This document shows positions 18,816 through 27,700 of a stretch of 32,000 nucleotides of DNA, one piece after another (the stretch's first letter is position 1; the number at the start of each line of letters is the position of its first letter). A model generated the notes under the pieces. That model was not told the origin of the DNA. It searched no databases and saw only the letters and a list, made by a program, of their open reading frames with translations. This DNA comes from Vibrio alginolyticus NBRC 15630 = ATCC 17749. Its GTDB lineage: Bacteria; Pseudomonadota; Gammaproteobacteria; Enterobacterales; Vibrionaceae. Position numbers and translations under genes: made by a program. The DNA lies in assembly GCF_000354175.2 (NCBI RefSeq), contig NC_022349.1, forward strand, positions 1,380,001-1,412,000, read 5' to 3'.

Positions 18816-21593
18816 GTGCATCTAAGTCCTAACGATTCAAATCAATACCGCTACATTACCTTGAGCAATGAACTGCGTGTACTGCTGATTCATTCCGATA
18901 CAGCTCAACAGTCGGCAGCTGCTCTGGCAGTGAACGTTGGACACTTCGACGACCCAAACGATCGCCAAGGTCTGGCACACTATTTAGAACACATGCTTTT
19001 TTTGGGTACGGAAAAATACCCTAAAGTGGGCGAGTTTCAAAGCTATATTAGCCAACACGGTGGAACAAACAACGCTTGGACTGGTACAGAGCACACTTGT
19101 TTCTTTTTCAATATTGCTCCAAATGCCTTTGAAAGTGCCTTAGATCGATTTAGCCAATTTTTTACCGCACCTTTGTTTAACGAAGAAGCATTAGACAAAG
19201 AACGCCAGGCTGTCGACTCCGAATACAAGCTCAAACTCAATGATGATTCTCGTCGCCTGTATCAAGTTAACAAAGAAGTCATCAATCCAGAGCACCCGTT
19301 TTCAAAATTCTCTGTCGGAAACTTAGATACTCTTGGCGACCGAGATGGTAAATCCATCCGCGACGAAATTGTGGAGTTTCACCACTCTCAGTATTCCGCC
19401 GATTTGATGACACTGACTCTATTTGGGCCACAGCCGCTCGATGAACAGCAAGCTTGGGTAGAAGCCATGTTTGCCGACATCCCAAATCACCATCTTCGTG
19501 GAAAATCGATTGATGTACCGATCGGCACTGAGGAAAGCACGGGCATTTTGGTTCAAGTCGAGCCGCTCAAAGAGTTCCGTAAACTGATTCTCACATTCCC
19601 CATGCCGGGAATGGATGCGCATTATAGCGTGAAGCCACTCTCCTACTTTGCTCACCTGTTGGGTTATGAAGGAGAAGGCAGTTTGATGCTTCAACTCAAA
19701 GAAAAAGGCTGGATTACTTCTCTCTCAGCGGGCGGCGGCGCGAGTGGCAGTAACTACCGAGACTTTACCGTAAGCTGCACCCTGACGCCAAACGGCTTAG
19801 ATCATGTTGATGATATCGTTCAAGCGGTTTTTCAATACCTCTCGATGATCAAACAAGGCGGGTTAGATGAATGGCGCTATCTCGAAAAACAAGCGGTATT
19901 AGAATCGGCTTTCCGCTTCCAAGAGCCATCGCGCCCAATGGATCTCGTCAGCCATCTGGTGATCAACATGCAGCACTATCAACCGGAAGACACGGTTTAT
20001 GGTGACTACAAAATGGCGGGCTACGATGAAGAGTTACAGCGTTCATTGCTGCGATACTTAACCATCGATAATGTGCGCGTCACTTTGATTGCTAAAGGCC
20101 TGGAATACAATCGTACTGCCGAATGGTACTTTACCCCGTACTCCGTCACGCCTTTTAGTGAAGACCAACGTCGTTTCTATCAACAAATCGATCCAAGCTG
20201 GCAATTCGTCTTACCGGAAAAGAACCCTTATATTTGCTACGATCTCGACCCCATGCCACTCGAAAATGGTGATTCACTGCCAGAGTTGATTGAGGATCTC
20301 GAAGGGTTTCGGCTGTGGCATTTGCAAGATGACGAATTTCGCGTGCCCAAAGGTGTCGTTTATGTCGCTATCGACAGCTCTCATGCCGTTGCATCACCAA
20401 AGAACATCGTCAAAACGCGCTTATGTGTAGAGATGTTCCTCGATTCGCTAGCAAAAGAAACCTATCAAGCAGAAATCGCAGGGATGGGTTACAACATGTA
20501 TGCTCACCAAGGTGGCGTGACCTTAACCCTCTCAGGGTTCAGTCAAAAGCTGCCTCAGTTGCTAGAAATGATTCTGCACCGTTTTGCTTCTCGAGATTTC
20601 AGCCCTGCTCGCTTTGAAACCATCAAACAACAACTGTTACGAAACTGGAGAAATGCTTCACAAGATCGCCCTATTTCGCAGCTGTTTAACGCACTTACTG
20701 GGTTACTTCAACCCAATAACCCGCCTTTCGCAACCTTAGTCGAAGCGCTAGAAGAAATCGAAGTCGATGAACTCTCGGTATTCGTAGAATCCATTCTTGC
20801 AGAACTGCACGTTGAAATGTTTGTTTACGGAGACTGGCAACGCCAGCAAGCCCATGACATGGCAACGACCTTAAAGGATGCTCTAAGAGTTAACGAGCAA
20901 CGTTATGAAGAGACACTTCGTCCGCTCATTATGCTAGGTAAAAATGGCAGTTTTCAACGTGAGGTGCATTGTAACCAGCAAGATTCCGCGGTCGTTATTT
21001 ACCACCAGTGCGAGGATATTGAACCTCGTAGTATCGCGCTATACTCATTGGCCAATCACCTTATGTCGGCAACGTTTTTCCACGAAATCCGTACCAAGCA
21101 GCAATTAGGTTACATGGTAGGCACTGGCAATATGCCGCTAAATCGTCACCCTGGTATTGTACTGTATGTGCAGTCACCTAATGCAGCACCTGCCGAGCTG
21201 GTTACCTCAATCGATGAGTTTTTAAATGCCTTTTATATGGTGTTGTTAGAGTTAAACGATTACCAATGGCACAGCAGTAAGCGCGGCTTGTGGAACCAAA
21301 TAGCAACGCCGGACACCACACTTCGAGGTCGGGCTCAACGTCTTTGGGTTGCGATAGGAAATAAAGACACTGAGTTTAACCAACGTGACAAGGTACTGGC
21401 GGAGTTGAAGAAGCTGACGCGCGCAGACATGATTCGCTTCGTTGTGAACGAATTGAAACCTCGTACTGCAAATCGTTTGATCATGCACTCTCAAGGTCAA
21501 GCGCATTCGGAGGCTCCGCGCATCCATCTAGGACAAGAAATAGGATCGATTGAAGAGTTCCAACTTCGGCCAAAAGATTGCGGCTTGGGGTGA
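18816..21593 (+). CDS. M16A (insulinase/pitrilysin-like) zinc metallopeptidase, apparently cytoplasmic
   Basis: 925-aa ORF with the inverted zinc motif HxxEH (GLAHYLEHMLFLGTEKYP). It starts at GTG 18816, preceded by GGAG (18805-18808, 7-nt spacer). An in-frame stop at 18792 rules out a longer N-terminus, so it has no signal peptide. Confidence 0.85.
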   Translation: MHLSPNDSNQYRYITLSNELRVLLIHSDTAQQSAAALAVNVGHFDDPNDRQGLAHYLEHMLFLGTEKYPKVGEFQSYISQHGGTNNAWTGTEHTCFFFNIAPNAFESALDRFSQFFTAPLFNEEALDKERQAVDSEYKLKLNDDSRRLYQVNKEVINPEHPFSKFSVGNLDTLGDRDGKSIRDEIVEFHHSQYSADLMTLTLFGPQPLDEQQAWVEAMFADIPNHHLRGKSIDVPIGTEESTGILVQVEPLKEFRKLILTFPMPGMDAHYSVKPLSYFAHLLGYEGEGSLMLQLKEKGWITSLSAGGGASGSNYRDFTVSCTLTPNGLDHVDDIVQAVFQYLSMIKQGGLDEWRYLEKQAVLESAFRFQEPSRPMDLVSHLVINMQHYQPEDTVYGDYKMAGYDEELQRSLLRYLTIDNVRVTLIAKGLEYNRTAEWYFTPYSVTPFSEDQRRFYQQIDPSWQFVLPEKNPYICYDLDPMPLENGDSLPELIEDLEGFRLWHLQDDEFRVPKGVVYVAIDSSHAVASPKNIVKTRLCVEMFLDSLAKETYQAEIAGMGYNMYAHQGGVTLTLSGFSQKLPQLLEMILHRFASRDFSPARFETIKQQLLRNWRNASQDRPISQLFNALTGLLQPNNPPFATLVEALEEIEVDELSVFVESILAELHVEMFVYGDWQRQQAHDMATTLKDALRVNEQRYEETLRPLIMLGKNGSFQREVHCNQQDSAVVIYHQCEDIEPRSIALYSLANHLMSATFFHEIRTKQQLGYMVGTGNMPLNRHPGIVLYVQSPNAAPAELVTSIDEFLNAFYMVLLELNDYQWHSSKRGLWNQIATPDTTLRGRAQRLWVAIGNKDTEFNQRDKVLAELKKLTRADMIRFVVNELKPRTANRLIMHSQGQAHSEAPRIHLGQEIGSIEEFQLRPKDCGLG

Positions 21594-21760
21594 TCTAGTT
21601 GCGCAGAAATAAAATTGTCGATTACTAGAATGAACCTACAAACCCATGAGGTTGTCGGTCTCATAGATTGAATCGGCACCATAATTGGCAGAAAATTGAA
21701 ATTGCGCCATTGCGGCTTATGCTCTAATTACCGCACTAAAAATAACTTAATGAGGTAATC

Positions 21761-22015
21761 ATGAAAAAAGCACTTTTACTTGTGGCTCTTATACTGCCAT
21801 TGGCATCTGCTCACGCTGAAATCTCAGTCAAAGGCGATGGTTTCGAACTAAGTGACGACTGTGTGCGCCTTAGCGGAGACAATGTATCCATCAAATCAGA
21901 TGATTGCTCTTCAAAACAGTGGAATGATAAAGACAAAAAAGGTAATAGCAGCGTTCACGGGGACGACAACCCTGGTAAAGGCCACAATAAAGATAAGAAA
22001 GACAAGAAGAAGTAA
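21761..22015 (+). CDS. Small secreted hypothetical protein with a Lys/Asp-rich tail
   Basis: 84-aa ORF with GAGG 6 nt upstream of the ATG. It has a clean Sec signal peptide (MKKALLLVALILPLASAHA|E), two (L/K)SDDC motifs and a C-terminus of KGHNKDKKDKKK. Its own terminator lies downstream. Confidence 0.6.
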   Translation: MKKALLLVALILPLASAHAEISVKGDGFELSDDCVRLSGDNVSIKSDDCSSKQWNDKDKKGNSSVHGDDNPGKGHNKDKKDKKK

Positions 22016-22031
22016 CCATTTCTTCTTTATG

Positions 22032-22060
22032 AAAAAGGCTTGCCACTGGCAAGCCTTTTT
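22032..22060. terminator. Bidirectional Rho-independent terminator between the small secreted protein gene and fadJ
   Basis: aggcttgcc (22036-22044) / act / ggcaagcct (22048-22056), flanked by A5 and T5 runs. Confidence 0.8.
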
Positions 22061-22077
22061 CTCTACCGAAGCAACCT

Positions 22078-24189
22078 TTAATAGAACGTTGTCCCTTCAC
22101 CAGCTCGAGTAAGCAAACCATCACATGGCGCGTAACGATCGCCATATTTCGATGCAAGCTCATTCATTTTCTCTACGAGCTCCTTAATACCAAATTGGTC
22201 CATGTAACGGAACGGGCCACCCAAGAACGGTGGGAAACCAATACCAAATATCGCGCCAATATCACCGTCACGTGGCGAGCGAATGATGCCATCATCCAAA
22301 CAACGTACCGCTTCATTCAGCATTGGCAGCACACAGCGCAACGCAATATCGTTATCGCTTAGCTTAGATTCAGGGTCGAGCTTAAGCAGTTTGTAAACCG
22401 ATTTGTCGACATCTTTCTTCTTGCCCTTATAAGTGTAAAACCCCTTACCACTCTTGCGTCCTTTACGTCCATCATTTAACAAGATATCAAACACATCCGG
22501 CCCTTTGAATCGGTCACCTAACTCATTAACCAGGATCGGCATAATTTTCGCGCCAATGTCGACACCAACTTCATCCAACAAGGTAATCGGGCCAACAGGG
22601 AAACCAAAATCAAGCAACGCCGTATCAATCTTTTCGATCGGTTCGTTAGCCAACAAAATATGCGCCGCTTCGTTCATGTATGGAGCAAGAATGCGGTTCA
22701 CGTAAAAGCCCGCTTTGTCTTTCACTACGATCGGGGTTTTACCTTGCTTCTTAGCAAGTGCAACAACTGTTGAAACGGTTTCATCTGACGTCGTTTCATG
22801 CGGAATCACTTCCACCAACGGCATTTTTTCTACCGGGCTGAAGTAATGCAAACCCACTACGTTTTCTGGACGCTCCGCTTTTTCTGCAATTTTGTGGATA
22901 GGCAACGAAGAAGTATTGGTCGCAAAGATAGTTTCTGTCTTAGCGTTCGCTTCAATGTCCGCCACCATTTTTTGCTTAAGATCTAGGTCTTCAAAAACGG
23001 CTTCAATTACGACATCAATATGATTAAAACTGGTAAAGTCGACACCACCAGACAGTTGCAGCATTTTCGCTTGCAGGTCGGCCTTGGATAGAATGCGACG
23101 TTTGCGCTGTTTCTCAAATAACTTGTAGTTGTAGTTGAGCGCGTTTAAAACGCCATCGTTGCTAACGTCTTTGATGCGAACAGGTACTTTTGCTTTTGCA
23201 ACAGACACATGGCTGATTCCGGCGCCCATCAGACCACCACCAAGCACACCAACTTTATGAACTGGTGCTGGTTTCGCATCCGTGCCATTTTCTTTCTTCA
23301 TTTCTGTTGTGGCAAAGAAGATCGAACGGAGCGCTTTTGACTCTGAGCTCATTACAAGCTCACCGAAGCGCTTCGCTTCAAGTTCTTGGCCTTTAGCGAA
23401 GCCTTTCTCTAAGCCATGTTGAATAACTTCTAGAATTGCAACCGTTGCTGGATAGTTACCACGGGTTTTTTGATTCGTTTTCTTCGCAGCTTGCTCAAAT
23501 ACAAACTTGCGCCCTAGCCCGCTACCAGACATCACCTTTTCTTTCGTCGATAGCTTTTTCGTACCCTTGTTTTTACCTTTGTCGATAAACTGTTTTGCTA
23601 CGTCGAACAAAATGGTGTCCGGCACACAGGCGTCCACAACGCCCAGTTTTTTAGCTTTCTTCGCACGAAGTTGTTTACCCGTCAGGATCAAGTCCAACGA
23701 CGGTAACAGGCCAATCAAACGTGGCAGACGCTGAGTACCACCAGAACCTGGCAATAAACCAAGTTGTACTTCTGGCAGACCTAAACGCGTTTTGTCAGAA
23801 TCCGTACAAACACGATAATCACATGCAAGAGCCAGTTCTAAACCACCGCCCAAACATGGGCCATGAATAGCCGCAACGACAGGATAAGGTAAGTCCGATA
23901 GCTGCTGGAACAACTCCTGACCCTGCCTTGCTAAGGCTTCCGCTTCACTTGCTGTGGTGCATGCTTCTAGCATTCTAACATCTGCGCCCGCAACAAAATT
24001 GTCCGGTTTTAGGGAGTGGATGATCATCCCTTTAATACCACTGGAGTCTTTTAGCTGAGCAAAAATTTCTTTCATTTCGTCAGCAAAAGCCGCCTGCAGC
24101 GTATTCATTTTTTCATTAGGAACATCGATGGCTAACCAAGCAATATTTTGCTCATCAACCTTTAGACTAAATGCTTTTTGCTCGCTCAT
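22078..24189 (-). CDS. fadJ: Fatty-acid oxidation complex alpha subunit (enoyl-CoA hydratase / 3-hydroxyacyl-CoA dehydrogenase / epimerase)
   Basis: 703-aa ORF with an N-terminal crotonase fold ([19 protein letters not shown]) and an NAD-binding [13 protein letters not shown] motif. It lies immediately downstream of fadI with a 1-nt overlap (TAATG). Confidence 0.93.
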   Translation of the reverse strand: MSEQKAFSLKVDEQNIAWLAIDVPNEKMNTLQAAFADEMKEIFAQLKDSSGIKGMIIHSLKPDNFVAGADVRMLEACTTASEAEALARQGQELFQQLSDLPYPVVAAIHGPCLGGGLELALACDYRVCTDSDKTRLGLPEVQLGLLPGSGGTQRLPRLIGLLPSLDLILTGKQLRAKKAKKLGVVDACVPDTILFDVAKQFIDKGKNKGTKKLSTKEKVMSGSGLGRKFVFEQAAKKTNQKTRGNYPATVAILEVIQHGLEKGFAKGQELEAKRFGELVMSSESKALRSIFFATTEMKKENGTDAKPAPVHKVGVLGGGLMGAGISHVSVAKAKVPVRIKDVSNDGVLNALNYNYKLFEKQRKRRILSKADLQAKMLQLSGGVDFTSFNHIDVVIEAVFEDLDLKQKMVADIEANAKTETIFATNTSSLPIHKIAEKAERPENVVGLHYFSPVEKMPLVEVIPHETTSDETVSTVVALAKKQGKTPIVVKDKAGFYVNRILAPYMNEAAHILLANEPIEKIDTALLDFGFPVGPITLLDEVGVDIGAKIMPILVNELGDRFKGPDVFDILLNDGRKGRKSGKGFYTYKGKKKDVDKSVYKLLKLDPESKLSDNDIALRCVLPMLNEAVRCLDDGIIRSPRDGDIGAIFGIGFPPFLGGPFRYMDQFGIKELVEKMNELASKYGDRYAPCDGLLTRAGEGTTFY

Positions 24190-25496
24190 TACTCAACCTC
24201 CAGAATCATTGCCGCACCAAGACCACCAGCAGCACATGCAGTATTCAATGCAATACCACCGCCACGGCGTTTTAGCTCTCGTAGGGTTTGCGTCATCATA
24301 CGCGCACCAGTCGCAGCAAATGGGTGACCATAAGCAATTGATCCGCCAAGCACGTTGAACTTATCCATATCAATTTCACCAATCGCTTTTGAGCGACCAA
24401 GGTTTTCTTGAGCAAACTTATCGGAAGCAAACATCTTCACATTCGCCAATGCTTGAGCAGCAAAAGCCTCGTGCATGTCGATCAACGTCAGGTCTGACAG
24501 TTCCAAGCCTGTATTTTCAAGCACTTTCGCTGTGGCATAAGTCGGCCCCATCAGCATGTCCTTTTCCACGCCGATAGCAGAGAATGCATAACCTCGGATG
24601 TAACCAAGGATCTCCATTCCGAGCTCTTTCGCTTTACCTTCTCGCATCAACATCACTGCCGCACCACCATCAGTCAATGGCGTACTGTTCGCAGCCGTAA
24701 CACTGCCATACTGACGATCAAACGCAGGTCGCAATTTCGCGTATCCCTCAACCGTTGAGTCATGACGAATATTGTTATCTTCCGAAATCCACTTTTTGTA
24801 TGGTTCAGGGAAAGCCGTCATCACTTCATCTTGGATTTTTCCTTCTTTCCAAGCTTGAGAAGCCAGCGTATGAGAACGATGTGCAAGCGCATCCTGTTCT
24901 GCGCGAGAAATACCATGTGTTTTAGCCATTTGCTCTGCAGTTTGTCCCATGGATAAACCCGTAGAGTACTCTGCTACTGCTGGTGGCACTGGCATCAGGT
25001 CTTTAAAGCTCAAGTTTTTGAGGATACTAAGCTTCTGACCCATTGTTTTTGTCTTACTAAGAGCAAGCAGATTAGCGGCCAGTTTCTTTGATACGCCAAT
25101 AGGCAGGACGGAAGAAGAGTCTGCACCGCCAGCAATACCAATATCAATGGTTCCCGCCATGATGCTTTCTGCGACATTAACCGCCGCTTGAAAACTCGTC
25201 GCACACGCTCGAGTCACACTGTATGCATCAGTATGAATGTTCATACCAGTGCCTAACACGATTTCTCGTGCGATGTTTGGCGCTTCAGGCATTTGTACTA
25301 CTTGTCCAAATACCACTTGTTCGATTAGCTTCGGATCAATATCTGTTCGAGCAAGCATTTCGCTTACTACCATTTTCCCTAAATCGACCGCTGGCACTTG
25401 GCTAAATTCCGTGCTTTGACGAGCAAAGGGAGTTCGAAGCCCCGCGACAATAGCGACACGCTCACCATTGCGTGTTTTTACTTCCTGCTTGCCCAT
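24189..25496 (-). CDS. fadI: 3-ketoacyl-CoA thiolase (beta subunit of the anaerobic/auxiliary Fad complex)
   Basis: 435-aa ORF with the thiolase active-site Cys ([11 protein letters not shown]) and C-terminal [17 protein letters not shown] lies upstream of the ATG at 25496. It forms a fadIJ operon. Confidence 0.93.
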   Translation of the reverse strand: MGKQEVKTRNGERVAIVAGLRTPFARQSTEFSQVPAVDLGKMVVSEMLARTDIDPKLIEQVVFGQVVQMPEAPNIAREIVLGTGMNIHTDAYSVTRACATSFQAAVNVAESIMAGTIDIGIAGGADSSSVLPIGVSKKLAANLLALSKTKTMGQKLSILKNLSFKDLMPVPPAVAEYSTGLSMGQTAEQMAKTHGISRAEQDALAHRSHTLASQAWKEGKIQDEVMTAFPEPYKKWISEDNNIRHDSTVEGYAKLRPAFDRQYGSVTAANSTPLTDGGAAVMLMREGKAKELGMEILGYIRGYAFSAIGVEKDMLMGPTYATAKVLENTGLELSDLTLIDMHEAFAAQALANVKMFASDKFAQENLGRSKAIGEIDMDKFNVLGGSIAYGHPFAATGARMMTQTLRELKRRGGGIALNTACAAGGLGAAMILEVE

Positions 25497-25513
25497 TGTT
25501 TCTCCTTAAATAC

Positions 25514-25530
25514 AAGAGGTCTGACCTGAT
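25514..25530 (-). promoter_or_regulatory. FadR-type operator in the fadIJ leader
   Basis: The plus strand reads AAGAGGTCTGACCTGAT, matching 13 of 17 positions of the E. coli FadR consensus AACTGGTCCGACCTGTT as I remember it. It lies 2 nt downstream of the predicted -10 and 17 nt upstream of the fadI ATG. Confidence 0.6.
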
Positions 25531-25532
25531 GC

Positions 25533-25560
25533 ATTGTAATGAATTTGTTAAATTTATCAA
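25533..25560 (-). promoter_or_regulatory. Predicted sigma70 promoter of fadIJ
   Basis: The minus strand reads TTGATA (25560-25555), a 16-nt spacer, then TACAAT (25538-25533). The FadR-like box follows immediately. Confidence 0.55.
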
Positions 25561-25687
25561 ACGTGCGTTTAAATAAACGTGAAGCAAGTAGTTCAATTAC
25601 TCTACTTCTTTGATTCTTATGCGATTACTAATGGTTAACTATAGAGAGTTAAAACGGTAAGAGGTATACGGAAAGTAAAATCGAAGC

Positions 25688-25716
25688 AAAAAAAAACCAC
25701 ACATAGCTGTGTGGTC
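25688..25716 (-). terminator. Strong Rho-independent terminator with no well-supported gene upstream (orphan)
   Basis: accacaca (25696-25703) / tagc / tgtgtggt (25708-25715). On the minus strand it is followed by a T9 run (the A-run at 25688-25696). Confidence 0.8.
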
Positions 25717-25787
25717 GGAATATCTATAAAACAATTAACTTACGCCAATTGAAAAGTAATCAGTTTCCTGATTAGGAGAAAGTAAAG

Positions 25788-26018
25788 TCAGCCTTCAAAA
25801 GGAAGTGTCATCTTGCTCAACATGTTAGTCGCAATGACTAACGAGATGACAAGGTGTACTATAACCCCTTCACTGCTTGATATTTTGAAATAGATCAATT
25901 TTATAGTGATTTTACGAGTTTTAAGCTCATCTAGAACGATTATTGATTCAAAACAATTCAAGAATCCACCATCAGAAGTCCCTTTTAATGCTCCATCGAG
26001 TGAACTTATCCAAGCCAT
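25788..26018 (-). CDS. Hypothetical 76-aa protein with a C-terminal hydrophobic segment (doubtful)
   Basis: This is the only ORF upstream of the orphan terminator. The region is AT-rich, I see no convincing Shine-Dalgarno, and I recognise no family. The hydrophobic stretch is VIVHLVISLVIATNML. Confidence 0.25.
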   Translation of the reverse strand: MAWISSLDGALKGTSDGGFLNCFESIIVLDELKTRKITIKLIYFKISSSEGVIVHLVISLVIATNMLSKMTLPFEG

Positions 26019-26097
26019 TGATTACTAATGATGATATTGTTAACAATATATATCAATTCGTGTTCGATGATATCTGACATTTGCGTATACACTTTTA

Positions 26098-26124
26098 GGT
26101 AACCACATGGCTTATTGTGTCAAA
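26098..26124 (+). promoter_or_regulatory. Possible ECF/sigmaE-type promoter upstream of the ECF sigma gene
   Basis: GGTAACC (26098-26104), 15 nt, then TCAAA (26120-26124) resembles GGAACTT-N16-TCAAA. It is followed by a 7-bp 5' stem-loop (ggttgca 26127-26133 / tgcaacc 26144-26150). Spacing is slightly short and this is a single instance. Confidence 0.25.
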
Positions 26125-26216
26125 GGGGTTGCATGACAAATCCTGCAACCAAAACCGCTAAGCGATGAAACAAGTAAAGTCATGCTCAGAACAAGTAAGA
26201 AACTCACAGAGCGAGG

Positions 26217-26792
26217 ATGGAGGCTCCTGTGGCCATATTAAAAATGTTTGGAAAGAAAAATTCCAACAGTCCGGTCAACTCTGATATGGACAAGCAAAGA
26301 AAATACGAAGCGCTCGTCCGAGGGTATCATCGTGACTTGTACCGCTACGCATATTGGTTGTGCAAAGATAAAGCGGTCGCGGAAGATCTAGTTCAGGAAA
26401 CCTGTCTTAGAGCTTGGAAGTCACTCGATAGCCTCCAAGACGAAAAAGCTGCCAAGTCTTGGCTCATCACAATATTGAGACGAGAAAATGCGCGCCGCTT
26501 CGAACGTAAACAATTTGATTTAGTTGATATCGATGATTACGGCAATGATGCTAAAGTCAGCGATGACTCACATCATCAGCAAGAATGGCTGCAGGCACAG
26601 ATCATGAAGCTCGATGTTGAATACCGTGAGCCTTTATTTCTCCAAGTTGTCGGTGGTTTCAGTGGAGAAGAGATTGGCGACATTCTTGATTTAAATAAAA
26701 ACACAGTGATGACTCGACTATTTCGCGCTCGTAATCAACTTAAAGAGATGTTGGATTCTCAAGATACCAAGAGAGGACAAAAGAATGGATGA
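26217..26792 (+). CDS. ECF-type sigma-70 family RNA polymerase sigma factor
   Basis: Sigma region 2 is DLYRYAYWLCKDKAVAEDLVQETCLRAWKSL and the region 4 HTH is GEEIGDILDLNKNTVMTRLFRARNQLKEML. The start is uncertain: ATG 26217 has an SD directly abutting it. GTG 26229 (GGAGG 5 nt upstream) and ATG 26286 are alternatives. Confidence 0.85.
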   Translation: MEAPVAILKMFGKKNSNSPVNSDMDKQRKYEALVRGYHRDLYRYAYWLCKDKAVAEDLVQETCLRAWKSLDSLQDEKAAKSWLITILRRENARRFERKQFDLVDIDDYGNDAKVSDDSHHQQEWLQAQIMKLDVEYREPLFLQVVGGFSGEEIGDILDLNKNTVMTRLFRARNQLKEMLDSQDTKRGQKNG

Positions 26793-27516
26793 TTTAGAAT
26801 TTCGTCGTCGTATTTTGTCGGATCCAAAACAAAAGGATGAAGAGATTCTGCAAGCTTTAGCTGGTAGCGACGCCAACAATAAGTTTGTTGATGACGTTTT
26901 GGATCTCGATGTAAAAATTAAACAAGCCATGAATGTGGATGTACCCGAAGATCTCGCAGATAAGATTTTATTTAGCCAGACGTCGAGTGCACTTGATGAA
27001 GAGAAGGTCGTAAGACCAAACTTTGTCCGCAAAGCAATGGCACTTGCCGCTTCTATTGCGTTCACCGTAGGGTTATTAGTTGGCCAAGTAAACTGGGGAA
27101 ATGTTTTGGTGTCTCCAGCACAAGCCAGTTTAGCGGATACCGCGATGAAACACGTTATTCATGAAGAACCGTTTGTTCGTCATCTTGATGAGGATGTACC
27201 GAGCTCGCAAATTAATGCGAAAATGTCGCCATTTCATTACCAGTTTAGTGAAAACTTTCCATATCACGTTTACTACCTAAACCACTGCGGTTTTGGCGAA
27301 TCCAATGCGGTGCATATGGTGTTCCAAGGTCCAAAAGGTAAAGTAACGTTATTTATTACTGGTATTCCAAGCGAACAAAGTACCGACTTTAGTAAGGATG
27401 GCATGACCGGAATCGTTCAGCCCGTCGGGAGTTCAAGCCTGATTTTAGTCGGGGAAGAAGGTGAAAATATTGATGCGCTCGCTACGACTCTTGCATCAAT
27501 GATTAAGCCGATGTAA
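26785..27516 (+). CDS. Single-pass membrane anti-sigma factor candidate (DUF3379-like)
   Basis: 243-aa ORF that overlaps the sigma gene by 8 nt (ATGGATGA), with GAGAGGA 7 nt upstream. It has an N-terminal MDDLEFRRRILSDP segment, one TM (AMALAASIAFTVGLLVGQV) and a roughly 140-aa periplasmic domain. There is no HxxxCxxC zinc motif. Confidence 0.7.
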   Translation: MDDLEFRRRILSDPKQKDEEILQALAGSDANNKFVDDVLDLDVKIKQAMNVDVPEDLADKILFSQTSSALDEEKVVRPNFVRKAMALAASIAFTVGLLVGQVNWGNVLVSPAQASLADTAMKHVIHEEPFVRHLDEDVPSSQINAKMSPFHYQFSENFPYHVYYLNHCGFGESNAVHMVFQGPKGKVTLFITGIPSEQSTDFSKDGMTGIVQPVGSSSLILVGEEGENIDALATTLASMIKPM

Positions 27517-27548
27517 CAACTTCGACGATTTCCAGCCTTCAAAAGGTT

Positions 27549-27585
27549 AAATGCCGCTAAATGATCTTATTTAGCGGCATTTTTG
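27549..27585 (+). terminator. Rho-independent terminator after the sigma / anti-sigma operon
   Basis: aaatgccgctaaat (27549-27562) / gatctt / atttagcggcattt (27569-27582), followed by TTTGT. Confidence 0.85.
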
Positions 27586-27700
27586 TATAAATAGAACACA
27601 AAACATTCACCACCCCTATCGCATTTAGAGCTTAAACTCTAAATTATGCATTTTAAGTGCAATTTCCCGTCTTTTAGACATCATTTCTGCAATTTTTATT

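Noticed and set aside
25789-25802. The 14-mer CAGCCTTCAAAAGG is repeated at 27533-27546
   Set aside because: Roughly 2 identical 14-mer pairs are expected by chance in 32 kb. There is no extended similarity on either side, so it is not a repeat element boundary.
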